The notes under the pieces: model-generated
Databases searched by the model: none
Seen by the model: the letters and a program-made list of their open reading frames with translations, nothing else
Told to the model about the DNA's origin: nothing
Assembly: GCA_002503705.1 (NCBI GenBank)
Contig: DASH01000042.1
Location: forward strand, 25,950 to 89,949
Direction: 5' to 3'
Origin: Candidatus Woesearchaeota archaeon UBA153
Lineage (GTDB): Archaea; Nanobdellota; Nanobdellia; Woesearchaeales; UBA525
DNA: 64,000 nucleotides
Translations under genes and position numbers: made by a program
Shown here: positions 37,688-46,982 of the stretch, in pieces
How positions within the stretch are numbered: the stretch's first letter is position 1
How the letters are laid out: each line of letters starts with the position of its first letter

Positions 37688-39619
37688 ATGGCTGACGACT
37701 TCAAAGACAAACTCCGCGGTCTGCACGAAGAGTTGCGTGTCATCGAGCTCGAGATTGAATCCCGCAAGGTCGCGGGCGAACCGTTCGACGACCTCTCCCG
37801 TCTTGAAGCCGAGAAACGGAAAGAGATTGCGGCCCATGTGAAGAGCGGCCGGAGCAGCAAGAAGTACAAAGACGGTTTCAAAGACTATTCAAAACTGAAA
37901 GAAGAAGTCCTCGCCGCCGTCGTCCCGGAAGCGGCGGTCGCCTTGGCGGCGAAAGAACGCCTCGGCCTCGGCGGTGGCGATGACGGCAGGGACGCGGGCG
38001 ATGGCGATGGTGGTGAAGAGTCCGGTCCGGGCGCCTTGCAGAAGTTCAAGGATGGCTACCGGAGAGCCGACCAGGGCTTCCGTCAAGCGCAGCGGAACGT
38101 CGCAATCGGCGTGAAGAAAAGCGTCGACTTCATGGACCATCACGCGCACGCGTGGATCTTCGCGCTCGTCTGCCTCCTCGTTCACGCGTACGACGCGAGC
38201 ACCGGGTTCAATCGAGGCGGCAGCAACCTGCTCCTCATGATCACCGCGTACACGTTCATCGCCCTGTACGCGGCCTTGTTCTATTACAACACCGGCTTCA
38301 CGACGGCGAGCGGACGGTTCTTCGTTCTGAGTCTCATCGCCGTCTGCCTGCCGCTCCTCAGGCTCCTCCCGTACTTCAACAAGCTCGATTTCCTCATCTT
38401 TATCCTTACCTTCCTTCCTGTCTGGTTCCTCTACGTCAGCTTCCACGCAGAGAAGAACAAATGGCTCCAATGGACTGGCAAGATCATCGTCTTCGTGCTC
38501 ATCATCATCGCGTTCATCCTCCTCCTCGGTTCGATGAGCATGCCGGACATCTTCACGAGCGGCGACACGGGCGCGATGATGGGCGTCTCGCTCCGCCACT
38601 CGTTCGAGGATATCGGCGCAGCGTGGAGCCGTATCAAGGAGCGTTTCGTCGAAGGCGGCGTCTTCTGCTGGAGCTGCTGGCGTCAGCGTCTCAACTCGAC
38701 GTTCAACCCGTACGCGCAGTTCTACACTGGCGAGGTTGAGCAGAATAAGGAGGCGCCGCTCGGCGTTTACATCACCAAGCTCGAACCGCTCTACCCGACC
38801 GTGTACCTCAGCACTGGCGTCAATCCTGTCACGATGGGTCGCATCGAGGCGAAGACGTTCGTGCCGGGCGGCGTGATCGTCAACCCGAGTTGTCGTCTCG
38901 AGAAGCCGGGCAAGCCCGCCATCCTGGGCAGGGCGGACCCGGAAGGTCCGATGCAGGTCAACTACAATCTCGTCAGCGATGTCATCTGCACGTACGACCT
39001 CCCTGACGACGCGTTGACCGGCCAGTATGACGCGACGCTCGGCCTCTCGTTCGACTTCCAAACGTGGGCGTACATCACGAACACGTTCGTCGCGCAAAGC
39101 CTCATCCAGAACTATCTCATCCAAGACCGGGACGTGAACCGTGAGCTCGCGATTGACAAGACGACGAGCGCGGTCTACACGAGCGGTCCGGTCGCGTTGG
39201 GCATCAGCGCGGACTCACAGCCGATCGCGATTAACCCCGACGCGAAAGACGAGAACTACATCCAGCAACGCTTCGGGTTCACGCTCACGAACCGTTGGAG
39301 CCAAGGGGAGATCCAGGAGGTACGGGAGGCGAAAGTCATCGTGCCAGCGCCGTTCTTGCTGAAGGACTGCCTGCCGACCAAACCCGCCGTGAAGCAGATT
39401 CCTGAGAACAAGACGACGATCTACACGTTCTCTCGCGACGGGCTGCAGTTCGACAGCCAGTACGATTACCGCACCGTGACGTGCAAGCTCGCCCTCGACA
39501 GCAAAGAGGCGGCCGAAGAAGTCCTCGCGTTCGGCGAGAAGACGCCCGTCACGTTCGTCGTCCTCACGACGTACACCTACCAGTTGGAGAAGAAGACGCG
39601 GTTCCGCGTCGAGAAGTGA
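37688..39619 (+). CDS. polytopic membrane protein: cytoplasmic coiled-coil N-terminus, about 5 TM, about 340-aa extracellular beta-rich domain
   Basis: 643 aa; 66-bp gap from upstream gene; C-terminal segment resembles C-termini of the next three genes. Confidence 0.6.
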   Translation: MADDFKDKLRGLHEELRVIELEIESRKVAGEPFDDLSRLEAEKRKEIAAHVKSGRSSKKYKDGFKDYSKLKEEVLAAVVPEAAVALAAKERLGLGGGDDGRDAGDGDGGEESGPGALQKFKDGYRRADQGFRQAQRNVAIGVKKSVDFMDHHAHAWIFALVCLLVHAYDASTGFNRGGSNLLLMITAYTFIALYAALFYYNTGFTTASGRFFVLSLIAVCLPLLRLLPYFNKLDFLIFILTFLPVWFLYVSFHAEKNKWLQWTGKIIVFVLIIIAFILLLGSMSMPDIFTSGDTGAMMGVSLRHSFEDIGAAWSRIKERFVEGGVFCWSCWRQRLNSTFNPYAQFYTGEVEQNKEAPLGVYITKLEPLYPTVYLSTGVNPVTMGRIEAKTFVPGGVIVNPSCRLEKPGKPAILGRADPEGPMQVNYNLVSDVICTYDLPDDALTGQYDATLGLSFDFQTWAYITNTFVAQSLIQNYLIQDRDVNRELAIDKTTSAVYTSGPVALGISADSQPIAINPDAKDENYIQQRFGFTLTNRWSQGEIQEVREAKVIVPAPFLLKDCLPTKPAVKQIPENKTTIYTFSRDGLQFDSQYDYRTVTCKLALDSKEAAEEVLAFGEKTPVTFVVLTTYTYQLEKKTRFRVEK

Positions 39620-39625
39620 CTACTC

Positions 39626-40900
39626 ATGACCCGCAACACCACTCGCTCGAAAACCACTAGTTTCGTCTTCCTCCTCGTCCTCTGCGCCGCGCTCTTCCTG
39701 CTCGTCGCGTGCAACAACAACCCGTACTCTGTCAACTACCACACGGGCGACGACGGTCTCACGCTCGCGTTCACGTACGACACGCCGCCGAAGATGGTGT
39801 ATGAAGGCTCGGACGTCGCCCTCGCCGTCGAACTCTTCAATCGCGGCGCCGCGGACGTCGACTATCGCGACATCATCTTCACGCTCACCGGCGACCCGTT
39901 CTACGTGCTGACGACGATGGACTCGTCGTGGCAGACCGGTCCGCCGGCTCCTGAAGAGCTGAACAAAGACCTCCTGCACGGGAAGAGTCCTGGCTACCCG
40001 GAAGGCGAGTCGCTCGTCCTCGAGCCGACGATGACGGTCAAGCGCATCCAAGGCTTGCGCGAACAGCCGACGACGCAGCTCTACGCGAGCGTCTGCTACC
40101 CGTACGAGAGCACGCTCGGCACGAGCGTCTGCGTCGACTCGAACTCGTTCAGCGCGAACCGGCAACGCCAAGTCTGCAGCGCTGAGACGATGACGTTCCG
40201 CAGCCAAGGCGGCCCGGTCGCGATCACGAGCGTCGAGAACTTGCCCACGCCAATCCGCGTCCCCGCGGAAGGAGGTCGCGGCTTTTACGACATCGTCCAG
40301 CCGCGCTTCATCCTCCACGTGGAGAACGTCGGCACCGGCACCGTCTTGATGCCGCCGCCCACGACGCGTGAGGAGCAGGTCGCGGCGTGCGCGCTCCGCG
40401 TGCCGAAAGAGAAGCTCGGCATGGTTTTCGTGAACGCAACCTTGAGCAACCTCTCCCTCGAGTGCTCGCCGAACCCGTTGCTTCTCCGAGACGACAAGGG
40501 ATATACGAGTTGCACGCTTCCGAAAGAGCAGGTGGGCGCGGTCGCGACGGCGAACTACCTCTCCACGTTCACCGCGACGGTCGGGTACCTCTACCGCGAC
40601 GGCATCGCCGCCGACATCGTGATCGAACGCCTTCCCGAAACGTTGCGTTCTGAAGACGCGACGTACGCGGAACGAGACCAGACGCCCGGGTATGTGAACG
40701 GCATCCCTCGGTGCGAGTACTGCAGCGGCGGAAACCGCAACGATCCCGCGTGCGCGGGCTGGCCGGCCGACGTGAACCAGACCGCGCTCTTCTCGTGCAC
40801 GTGCGGCGAGAAGGAGTGCTTGAAGAAGAGCAAGGACGGGAAGTGCGTCTTCGGCGGCTCCTGGTGCCCCGGCACGAACTACTGCTGCGTCGCCGGTTGA
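39626..40900 (+). CDS. lipoprotein-type secreted protein with two CARDB-like beta-sandwich domains and C-terminal 10-Cys knot
   Basis: Signal plus LLVAC lipobox-like; V.L.N.G motifs; VC.D...NR..VC block shared with 41018 and 42394 genes. Confidence 0.65.
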   Translation: MTRNTTRSKTTSFVFLLVLCAALFLLVACNNNPYSVNYHTGDDGLTLAFTYDTPPKMVYEGSDVALAVELFNRGAADVDYRDIIFTLTGDPFYVLTTMDSSWQTGPPAPEELNKDLLHGKSPGYPEGESLVLEPTMTVKRIQGLREQPTTQLYASVCYPYESTLGTSVCVDSNSFSANRQRQVCSAETMTFRSQGGPVAITSVENLPTPIRVPAEGGRGFYDIVQPRFILHVENVGTGTVLMPPPTTREEQVAACALRVPKEKLGMVFVNATLSNLSLECSPNPLLLRDDKGYTSCTLPKEQVGAVATANYLSTFTATVGYLYRDGIAADIVIERLPETLRSEDATYAERDQTPGYVNGIPRCEYCSGGNRNDPACAGWPADVNQTALFSCTCGEKECLKKSKDGKCVFGGSWCPGTNYCCVAG

Positions 40901-41017
40901 GTTGGTTGCGCTCGCAGCGTTCGCATTCCCGCTCATTCCCTGAGAACTCCAGAGGGGTTTCTCAGAGGAGTTCACCGTCAAAAAGTTTAAAAACCACGAG
41001 GTTGGAGGAGACCATAT

Positions 41018-42286
41018 ATGAGACGACCGTCTGCGCGAGTCCTGGCTTTGTTGGCGCTCCTCGCGCTCGTCACGCTCTTCCTCGCGGGCTGCGGCGGTTT
41101 CAGAGGGAACGAGAACCAGTACTACAATGCTGAACGGGCCAAGTATTACCAAGGGTATGACGGCGTGAACGCGCGGTTCGACCAAGTCCCGCAGAAACTC
41201 TTCTACTACGGGAACGCCGAGGCGAGCGCGGCGAACGACTTCCCTCTCAGCGTCGCGGTGTTGAACAAAGGCGCGAGCTACACGCGCGGCGCCGTCTTCC
41301 TCAGCGGGTACGACCCGAACCTCATCCAGTTCGATGAAGTCCCGATCGCGTTGAGCTATCCGGGAGCGTGCTCCTTGCGCATCGGCGACTGGAGCCTCAA
41401 CAAGTTCGGCATGATGGTCCAGTGCGGCGACTCGTTCTCGTGGCGCGGCCACGAGGGTAACTGGCTGGAGAGTATCAGCGTGCACGGCAAGACGTGGTTC
41501 AAAGGAACTCCGTTGGAGAACCTCCTCGTGGACTTCACGAGCAACAACCGCGGCGACTCCATCACGTTCAACTGGGACGCTTGGACATTCGAGGCTCGCG
41601 AGCACGGCATCGCGCTCATCGCCATCCTCGCCGGCCTCAGCTTCCGCGCCTTCCTCGGCCAAGAATACCTGCTCGCGGGCGACACGTACGACTATCCCGG
41701 CGGCGAGATGGACTATATCGAGTATCACGGCCACATCGCGAACTGGCCGCAAGGAACGGACGACATCCAACAGACGTTCCTGCTGACGAACTGCTACATG
41801 TACACGACGTTCGCCGCGCCCTTAGTCTGCATCGACCCGCAACCGTACAGCGAGAACCGGAAAGTCTGCACTCCCTCCGTCGCGACGTGGAAGTCCGGCC
41901 AAGGAGCGCCCGTCTCCATCAGCAGGATCACGCAGGAGAACACGCCGCGCACCGCGGTCTTCCACATTGAAGTGACGAACAGCGGCGGCGGCACGGTCTT
42001 CGACGCCGGCTCGCTCGAGAAGTGCAGTCCGTACTATCCCGGCGGCGCGAAGTCGAACGACTTGAACGCCATCTGGATTGGCGAAGTGCGCATCGGCGAC
42101 CGCCTCCTCCAGTGCACGCCGGAGAACTACATCCGCCTACAAGGGAACAGGGCGAGCTTCACCTGCGTCTACCCGATCGAGTACGCGGAGCTGAACAGCG
42201 CGTACCAGACCCCGCTCGTCATCGAGCTCTGGTACGGCTACTCGACGACGACGCAACGGAACGTCCTCGTCAAGCGCGTCTCGTGA
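41018..42286 (+). CDS. lipoprotein-type secreted protein, paralog of 39626 and 42394 genes
   Basis: Signal plus LAGC lipobox; shared motifs LQGNR, VTNSGGGTV, VCIDPQPYSENRKVC. Confidence 0.65.
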   Translation: MRRPSARVLALLALLALVTLFLAGCGGFRGNENQYYNAERAKYYQGYDGVNARFDQVPQKLFYYGNAEASAANDFPLSVAVLNKGASYTRGAVFLSGYDPNLIQFDEVPIALSYPGACSLRIGDWSLNKFGMMVQCGDSFSWRGHEGNWLESISVHGKTWFKGTPLENLLVDFTSNNRGDSITFNWDAWTFEAREHGIALIAILAGLSFRAFLGQEYLLAGDTYDYPGGEMDYIEYHGHIANWPQGTDDIQQTFLLTNCYMYTTFAAPLVCIDPQPYSENRKVCTPSVATWKSGQGAPVSISRITQENTPRTAVFHIEVTNSGGGTVFDAGSLEKCSPYYPGGAKSNDLNAIWIGEVRIGDRLLQCTPENYIRLQGNRASFTCVYPIEYAELNSAYQTPLVIELWYGYSTTTQRNVLVKRVS

Positions 42287-42297
42287 GCCGCGAAACG

Positions 42298-42313
42298 CCC
42301 GCTCGCGAGCGGG
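42298..42313 (+). terminator. perfect GC hairpin CCCGCTCGCGAGCGGG followed by A-rich tract
   Basis: 11 nt after stop of 41018-42286 gene. Confidence 0.4.
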
Positions 42314-42393
42314 AAAAACGAAACGCTTGAAACTTGAAAAACACTTGAAAACTTGAACGTCCGTCACAGGACGATCCCGGAGGTCGACAAACC

Positions 42394-43377
42394 ATGAACC
42401 AGCGCAACACCATCATCGTCTTCATCGCCATCACGGCCTTGCTCGTCGCCGCGTGCGGCGGCCCTCAAGCGCGGAACGACCGCACCGTCTCGTTCATCGG
42501 CGGGAACGGCGGCGTGAACATCGGCCTTATCAACGGCGTCCCGCCGGCAGCGGTCTATGATGGCGGCAGGATGGACTTCGGCGTCGGCGTCGTCCTCGAG
42601 AACGTCGGCGAGTCCGACCTCGGCCCGACGACGGACAATCCGTTCGCGCGCGTCAGCCTGGAAGGGTTCCTTCCCGCAGCGTTCGGCATGACGCCCGCGC
42701 AGATGTCGCAAGACCTCGACCGGCCCCTGCTCGGCGCGCACAAGAACTTCGACGGCAGCATCCTGCCCGGGCAGATGCACAACCTCGTCTTCTCCCCGCT
42801 CAACTATCGGGAGCGCTTGCAAGGGAACAGGGTCTACACGTTCCTCATCAAGTTCTGCTACGACTACGAGAGCATCGCCACCGTCCCGATCTGCTTCAAG
42901 AACAGCATGATCGAGAACGTGCAGGACGCGCAGATCTGCACGCTCACCGGCGAGAAGTACCCGCAGAATAGCGGCGCGCCGTTGCACGTGACAAGCGTCG
43001 TCCAGAACCCGCTCGCCCCGTACAAGGTCATGGTGAACTTCGTCATCGAGCACGCGGGCACGGGAGAGTTCTACGGCCGCACCGCCGGCGAGACGTGCGA
43101 CCCGACGATCACCAACTCGAACAAGTACCGGGTGGACGTCGCAGTGTCGAGCGAAGACCCGGGGTTGAACATCCAGTGCAGCACGCTCGGCGGCGACGCG
43201 GCTGGCACGATCACGATGTTCCAAGGCGCCCCGCAGACGGTGACGTGCACGCTCACCGGGGACGCGGCGAGCGCGTCGCGCATCTACACTGACTTGTTGA
43301 CGGTCAACCTGCAGTACCGCTACGGCGAGTCGATCGCCCAGCCGATCGTCATCAACGCCGTGGGCAGCGCGGATTAG
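42394..43377 (+). CDS. lipoprotein-type secreted protein, paralog of 39626 and 41018 genes
   Basis: Signal plus VAAC lipobox; LQGNRVYTF, VIEHAGTGEF, QICT...NSGAPL motifs. Confidence 0.65.
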   Translation: MNQRNTIIVFIAITALLVAACGGPQARNDRTVSFIGGNGGVNIGLINGVPPAAVYDGGRMDFGVGVVLENVGESDLGPTTDNPFARVSLEGFLPAAFGMTPAQMSQDLDRPLLGAHKNFDGSILPGQMHNLVFSPLNYRERLQGNRVYTFLIKFCYDYESIATVPICFKNSMIENVQDAQICTLTGEKYPQNSGAPLHVTSVVQNPLAPYKVMVNFVIEHAGTGEFYGRTAGETCDPTITNSNKYRVDVAVSSEDPGLNIQCSTLGGDAAGTITMFQGAPQTVTCTLTGDAASASRIYTDLLTVNLQYRYGESIAQPIVINAVGSAD

Positions 43378-43454
43378 AGCTTCGAAAAACGTTTTTCAAG
43401 AACTCTTTTTTCTTCTCATTCCTTCGAGAAGCGTTCAAGACTGCTTGTTCGCGT

Positions 43455-44078
43455 TTATTTGTCGGCGAGGAAAAGCGGTTCGATCGTCGCGTCCCGGCGT
43501 ATGAGCCGTTCCACGTTGGCGGGCGCGAGCAGCGTCTTGTTTCCTCGTGCGTCCTTGTATTCGATGCCTTTGTTGCGCAAGCTCTCGCTGATCTTCGCCA
43601 CGAGGAAAGCGCGTTCCTTAGTCAATCGCTCGACTTCTTCCCGGTTGAGCAGTTCGTCGACGAGGCCTGGCTGGCACGACTCGATGACTGGCTCCAGCGC
43701 GTTGAAGAACCCTTTGATGCATCGCGTGTAGTCTTCTTCTGTCGCGAGCGGGAGCGTCATCCACAGTTCGCCGACCTTGTGCTCTGGCGCGGGACCGTGG
43801 ATGTGCACCTGGACGTGCGGGCCGCCGTGCCGCTCGTCATGGTGATGCTCGATGAGGAACTCCCGCTGGAACACCTGCTCTGCCAGGTGCCGTTTGTGCT
43901 CGAACTTGAGCGTGAAGCGGACGGTGTGGTTCTCGTTCAGGCTCTGCTGGCCGCGCATCGCCAACGACGCCGTGTAGTCTTCATCCTTGACCGTGACGCT
44001 GCCCGCCGTCCCGGTCGAGACCAGGTTCTCTTGGTTGAAGAACGGCAGGAACTCCTGGATGTTGAGGAATGGCTTCAT
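43455..44078 (-). CDS. hypothetical protein with His-rich segment (HHHDERHGGPHVQVHIHGP)
   Basis: 207-aa ORF, 4-bp overlap with upstream gene. Confidence 0.45.
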   Translation of the reverse strand: MKPFLNIQEFLPFFNQENLVSTGTAGSVTVKDEDYTASLAMRGQQSLNENHTVRFTLKFEHKRHLAEQVFQREFLIEHHHDERHGGPHVQVHIHGPAPEHKVGELWMTLPLATEEDYTRCIKGFFNALEPVIESCQPGLVDELLNREEVERLTKERAFLVAKISESLRNKGIEYKDARGNKTLLAPANVERLIRRDATIEPLFLADK

Positions 44079-44626
44079 GGGTGGATGCCGAGCTTGATGA
44101 GCTCGAACTCGACGTCGTGTTCGTACGCGCGGTCGAGGCCGAGATTATGAAGTTTCCGCTTCCACCACCCGAGATCCAAGACGTGTTTCTCTTGGATCCT
44201 GAAGAGCGGGTCGACGTGTGCCCTGATGATGTCCGCGAGGATGTTGAGGTACTCTTTCGCCATCGTCTTCGCGTCAGCGTACTTCTCCGTCAGCTTCCGC
44301 TCGCCGCCTTTGTAGATGACTTTCGTGTACGCGATGCGGAATTGGAACTCCATCGGAATCTGTGATGGCGGCACGGCGTATACGTACTCAATCTTGCTGT
44401 CGCCGAACACGGAGACTGACGCTCTCTTCTTCTCATCGCTGATGGTGAGTCTGTTCTCCGTTGCCACTTCACGATATTGTCGGGCCAGCGTGACGAGCTT
44501 CTTGATGATGTCGTCGTACGTGTCTTTCCTTTCACCGAATTCGTCCAGTAAGTCTTTCGTCCCTTTCTTGATCCACAGCGTCGTGGGCTGCATCTGGAGT
44601 TCTACGGCGTCTTTCATGACGATCAC
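44075..44626 (-). CDS. hypothetical protein
   Basis: 183-aa ORF co-directional, AT-rich promoter region at 44630-44725. Confidence 0.45.
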   Translation of the reverse strand: MIVMKDAVELQMQPTTLWIKKGTKDLLDEFGERKDTYDDIIKKLVTLARQYREVATENRLTISDEKKRASVSVFGDSKIEYVYAVPPSQIPMEFQFRIAYTKVIYKGGERKLTEKYADAKTMAKEYLNILADIIRAHVDPLFRIQEKHVLDLGWWKRKLHNLGLDRAYEHDVEFELIKLGIHP

Positions 44627-44727
44627 CTTCGTTTCTATAGATACTATAGAGGCAATAGTTTTAAAAGTTTTCCCTTGATATAGATTTTTTCCATACAGAA
44701 AAGATTATCGAAAGAGAGAAGTCCTCG

Positions 44728-45375
44728 GTGCGCCGTCTCGCGGCTGGCGTCGGTTTTCTCGGCTTCCGGATGTTCCCGCGCCACCGTCTCCTGCACCGGA
44801 AGAACCTGCGTCGCTTCGAAAAACGATTGTGGACGTTCAGAGAACGATACGAACAGGGAGATCTCGAGCGCGAGAAAATCGTCGAGTCGTTCGAGGGCTG
44901 GCTTTCGTACGCGGCGAACGCTGACACATACAAGTACCGTCGCCACGCGACGCGGCTCTTCAACACCTCGTTCCCCGCTCGGCCGAACGTGACCGTCTCG
45001 AATCCGCGGAAGCGCGAGAACTTCCTCAAGAAGATGGCTGCCGCGTCCATGCCGTTCAGCAGGCTCAAGACGCGGCAGCTCTTCCTGCGGGGAATGAGCA
45101 TCGAGGAAATCGCGCGTCGTCGCGGCTTCACGGAAGGCACGATATGGAATCATCTCTGTTTGCTCATTGAGCATCGTCAGCTCCCACTTTGGCGTGTGCT
45201 GCCAAAAGAGAAGATTGACGCGATACTGCCGCACGTCGCATCACCGGACGACCAGCTCGCCGATATAAGAACACGTCTTCGAGACGACCGACGCGAGCAT
45301 ATAACGTTCGATGAAATCTCCCGCGTCCTCGCTCACCTTCGGAGCCGGCCGAAGGAGCGGCGCACTCTTCAATGA
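44728..45375 (+). CDS. DGR-type reverse-transcriptase thumb-region homolog (no fingers/palm) fused to sigma-70 region-4-like HTH
   Basis: GFLGFRMFPRHRLLHRKNLRRFEKRL and SFEGWLSYAANADTYKYRR resemble the FLGYRI.P.H.LLRK / SW.GHA..ADT block after YxDD in DGR RTs; HTH RGMSIEEIARRRGFTEGTIWNHL. Confidence 0.45.
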   Translation: MRRLAAGVGFLGFRMFPRHRLLHRKNLRRFEKRLWTFRERYEQGDLEREKIVESFEGWLSYAANADTYKYRRHATRLFNTSFPARPNVTVSNPRKRENFLKKMAAASMPFSRLKTRQLFLRGMSIEEIARRRGFTEGTIWNHLCLLIEHRQLPLWRVLPKEKIDAILPHVASPDDQLADIRTRLRDDRREHITFDEISRVLAHLRSRPKERRTLQ

Positions 45376-45444
45376 GCGAGCGCTTCGGTATCCGGGCCGG
45401 CGTTCGCTGACGCGGCAGCCAGAATCTTTCGAGCCAAGACGAAT

Positions 45445-45786
45445 TCACTGCTTCTCTTTCAAGATGATCGGCTTGTTCGGGCTCGTCGCGAGGTCGAAGA
45501 GGAGGATGGCGAAGATGGCGATGGTCGTCAAGATCGTGTTGAGCCTGCTCTCGAGCATCGTGATGAGCAGCGTGTTCAGGATCGCGGCGAGGACGATGAG
45601 CGAGCCGTTCAGGTAGTCTTGGCGTCGCGTGAAGACCCATCCGGCGTACCCGGCGAGGACGACGGTGACGACGAGGAGCGCGCTCTCGGGAAGGATGTGT
45701 GGGATGAGCGCGTAGTACGCCCACAGGCAGACGAGGAGGAAGAACCGGAACGGCATCCAGCCCGAATAATCCTTGTGACGCGTCAT
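45445..45786 (-). CDS. small membrane protein (3 TM)
   Basis: 113-aa hydrophobic ORF. Confidence 0.4.
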   Translation of the reverse strand: MTRHKDYSGWMPFRFFLLVCLWAYYALIPHILPESALLVVTVVLAGYAGWVFTRRQDYLNGSLIVLAAILNTLLITMLESRLNTILTTIAIFAILLFDLATSPNKPIILKEKQ

Positions 45787-45899
45787 AACGCCCTGAGAAC
45801 TGCACCACGGGTTAATAAACGTTTTTCTTCACACGAGTCGGGCAGTCTGAAGCGAGCGTCGTCGCAACCATTAAAAATAGCCTTCTCTCAACGAGTCGT

Positions 45900-46982
45900 A
45901 TGAGGCTCCAGCCAATCGACCGAGAGGTACTCCTCAAGCTCGTCAAGGAGCGCAGTCCAGTCCTGCCTCTCGATTTGAAACGCGCCCTCAATCAAGGCGA
46001 CAGCCTCCTCTTGGGCGCGATGTTGAGCGAACTGGTGGCGCGCAAGCTCGTGAAGATTACGCACGTCAAGCTCGGGGGGAGCCCCTACTACTACGACCCG
46101 GAGAAGCCGGAGTCCATCGAGAAGGCCGCCTCGAATTTGAACGAGAAGGACTACCGGACGTACAACCTGCTCAAGGAGTCGAAGGTCCTCCGGGATGATG
46201 AGCATGACGCGTTGACGAGAGTGTCGTTGCGCAACATCAAGGATTATGCTATCAATGTTCCCTTCACGACGCCTGACGGCGTCCAGCTCTCCTTTTGGCG
46301 GTACTACCTCGTCACGGAAGCCGAAGCCGTACCGCTCATCCGGCAACGGCTCGGGATTGATGGCGCGGCGACGCCACCACCGGCCGCGACTCTCGTGACG
46401 CCGCAACCCCTCACGAGCGCGACATCGTCGCCAATTCCTTCAACAGCAAGTCCGCCTCCAACGTCGTTAACCCCCTCTGCAACGTCAGTAACTCCTCCTT
46501 CGCCGCCGTCGCCGAGCGTGGCGGTTGCTGACGTCACAACAGCTCCCGCTCCCGCGAAGCCGAAACGGCAATCACGGAAGAAGAGCGTCGCGGCGACCGC
46601 GGGCGCTCCCGTGACGGGAACCGCGGCCATCCTCGGCGTCCAGCAGACATTACCGTCCGCCGAGCCGGTCGAGGATAACTTCTACGGCCACGTCAAGCGC
46701 GTCCTCGAAGAGAGAGGCGCGAGAGTCCTTGAAGGGAAGGTCGTCAAGAAAGAGGCCGAGCTCGACCTGCTCATCGAATTACAGACGCCGTTCGGCCCCA
46801 CGGCGTATTATTGCAAGGCGAAGTCGAAGAAGAAGAGCTCTGAAGCCGACGTGATCGCGGCGAAGCTGGAAGGGAACACGCGCCACCTGCCCGTCCTCTA
46901 TCTGTCGAACGGTGAGGTCGCGAAGAAAGCGCTCGACCTGCTCTCGACGACGTGTAAAGGCATGCTTATCGGGAAGGTCTAG
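45900..46982 (+). CDS. wHTH domain / Pro-Thr-Ser-rich linker / PD-(D/E)xK (Hjc-like) nuclease-fold domain protein
   Basis: N-terminal winged helix; about 90-aa PTS-rich low complexity; C-terminal E...ELDLLIEL...YYCKAK pattern. Confidence 0.5.
   Translation: MRLQPIDREVLLKLVKERSPVLPLDLKRALNQGDSLLLGAMLSELVARKLVKITHVKLGGSPYYYDPEKPESIEKAASNLNEKDYRTYNLLKESKVLRDDEHDALTRVSLRNIKDYAINVPFTTPDGVQLSFWRYYLVTEAEAVPLIRQRLGIDGAATPPPAATLVTPQPLTSATSSPIPSTASPPPTSLTPSATSVTPPSPPSPSVAVADVTTAPAPAKPKRQSRKKSVAATAGAPVTGTAAILGVQQTLPSAEPVEDNFYGHVKRVLEERGARVLEGKVVKKEAELDLLIELQTPFGPTAYYCKAKSKKKSSEADVIAAKLEGNTRHLPVLYLSNGEVAKKALDLLSTTCKGMLIGKV

Noticed and set aside
39620-41770. 716-aa minus-strand ORF across two surface-protein genes
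   Set aside because: Antisense high-GC artefact; plus-strand genes have signal peptides and paralogous motifs.
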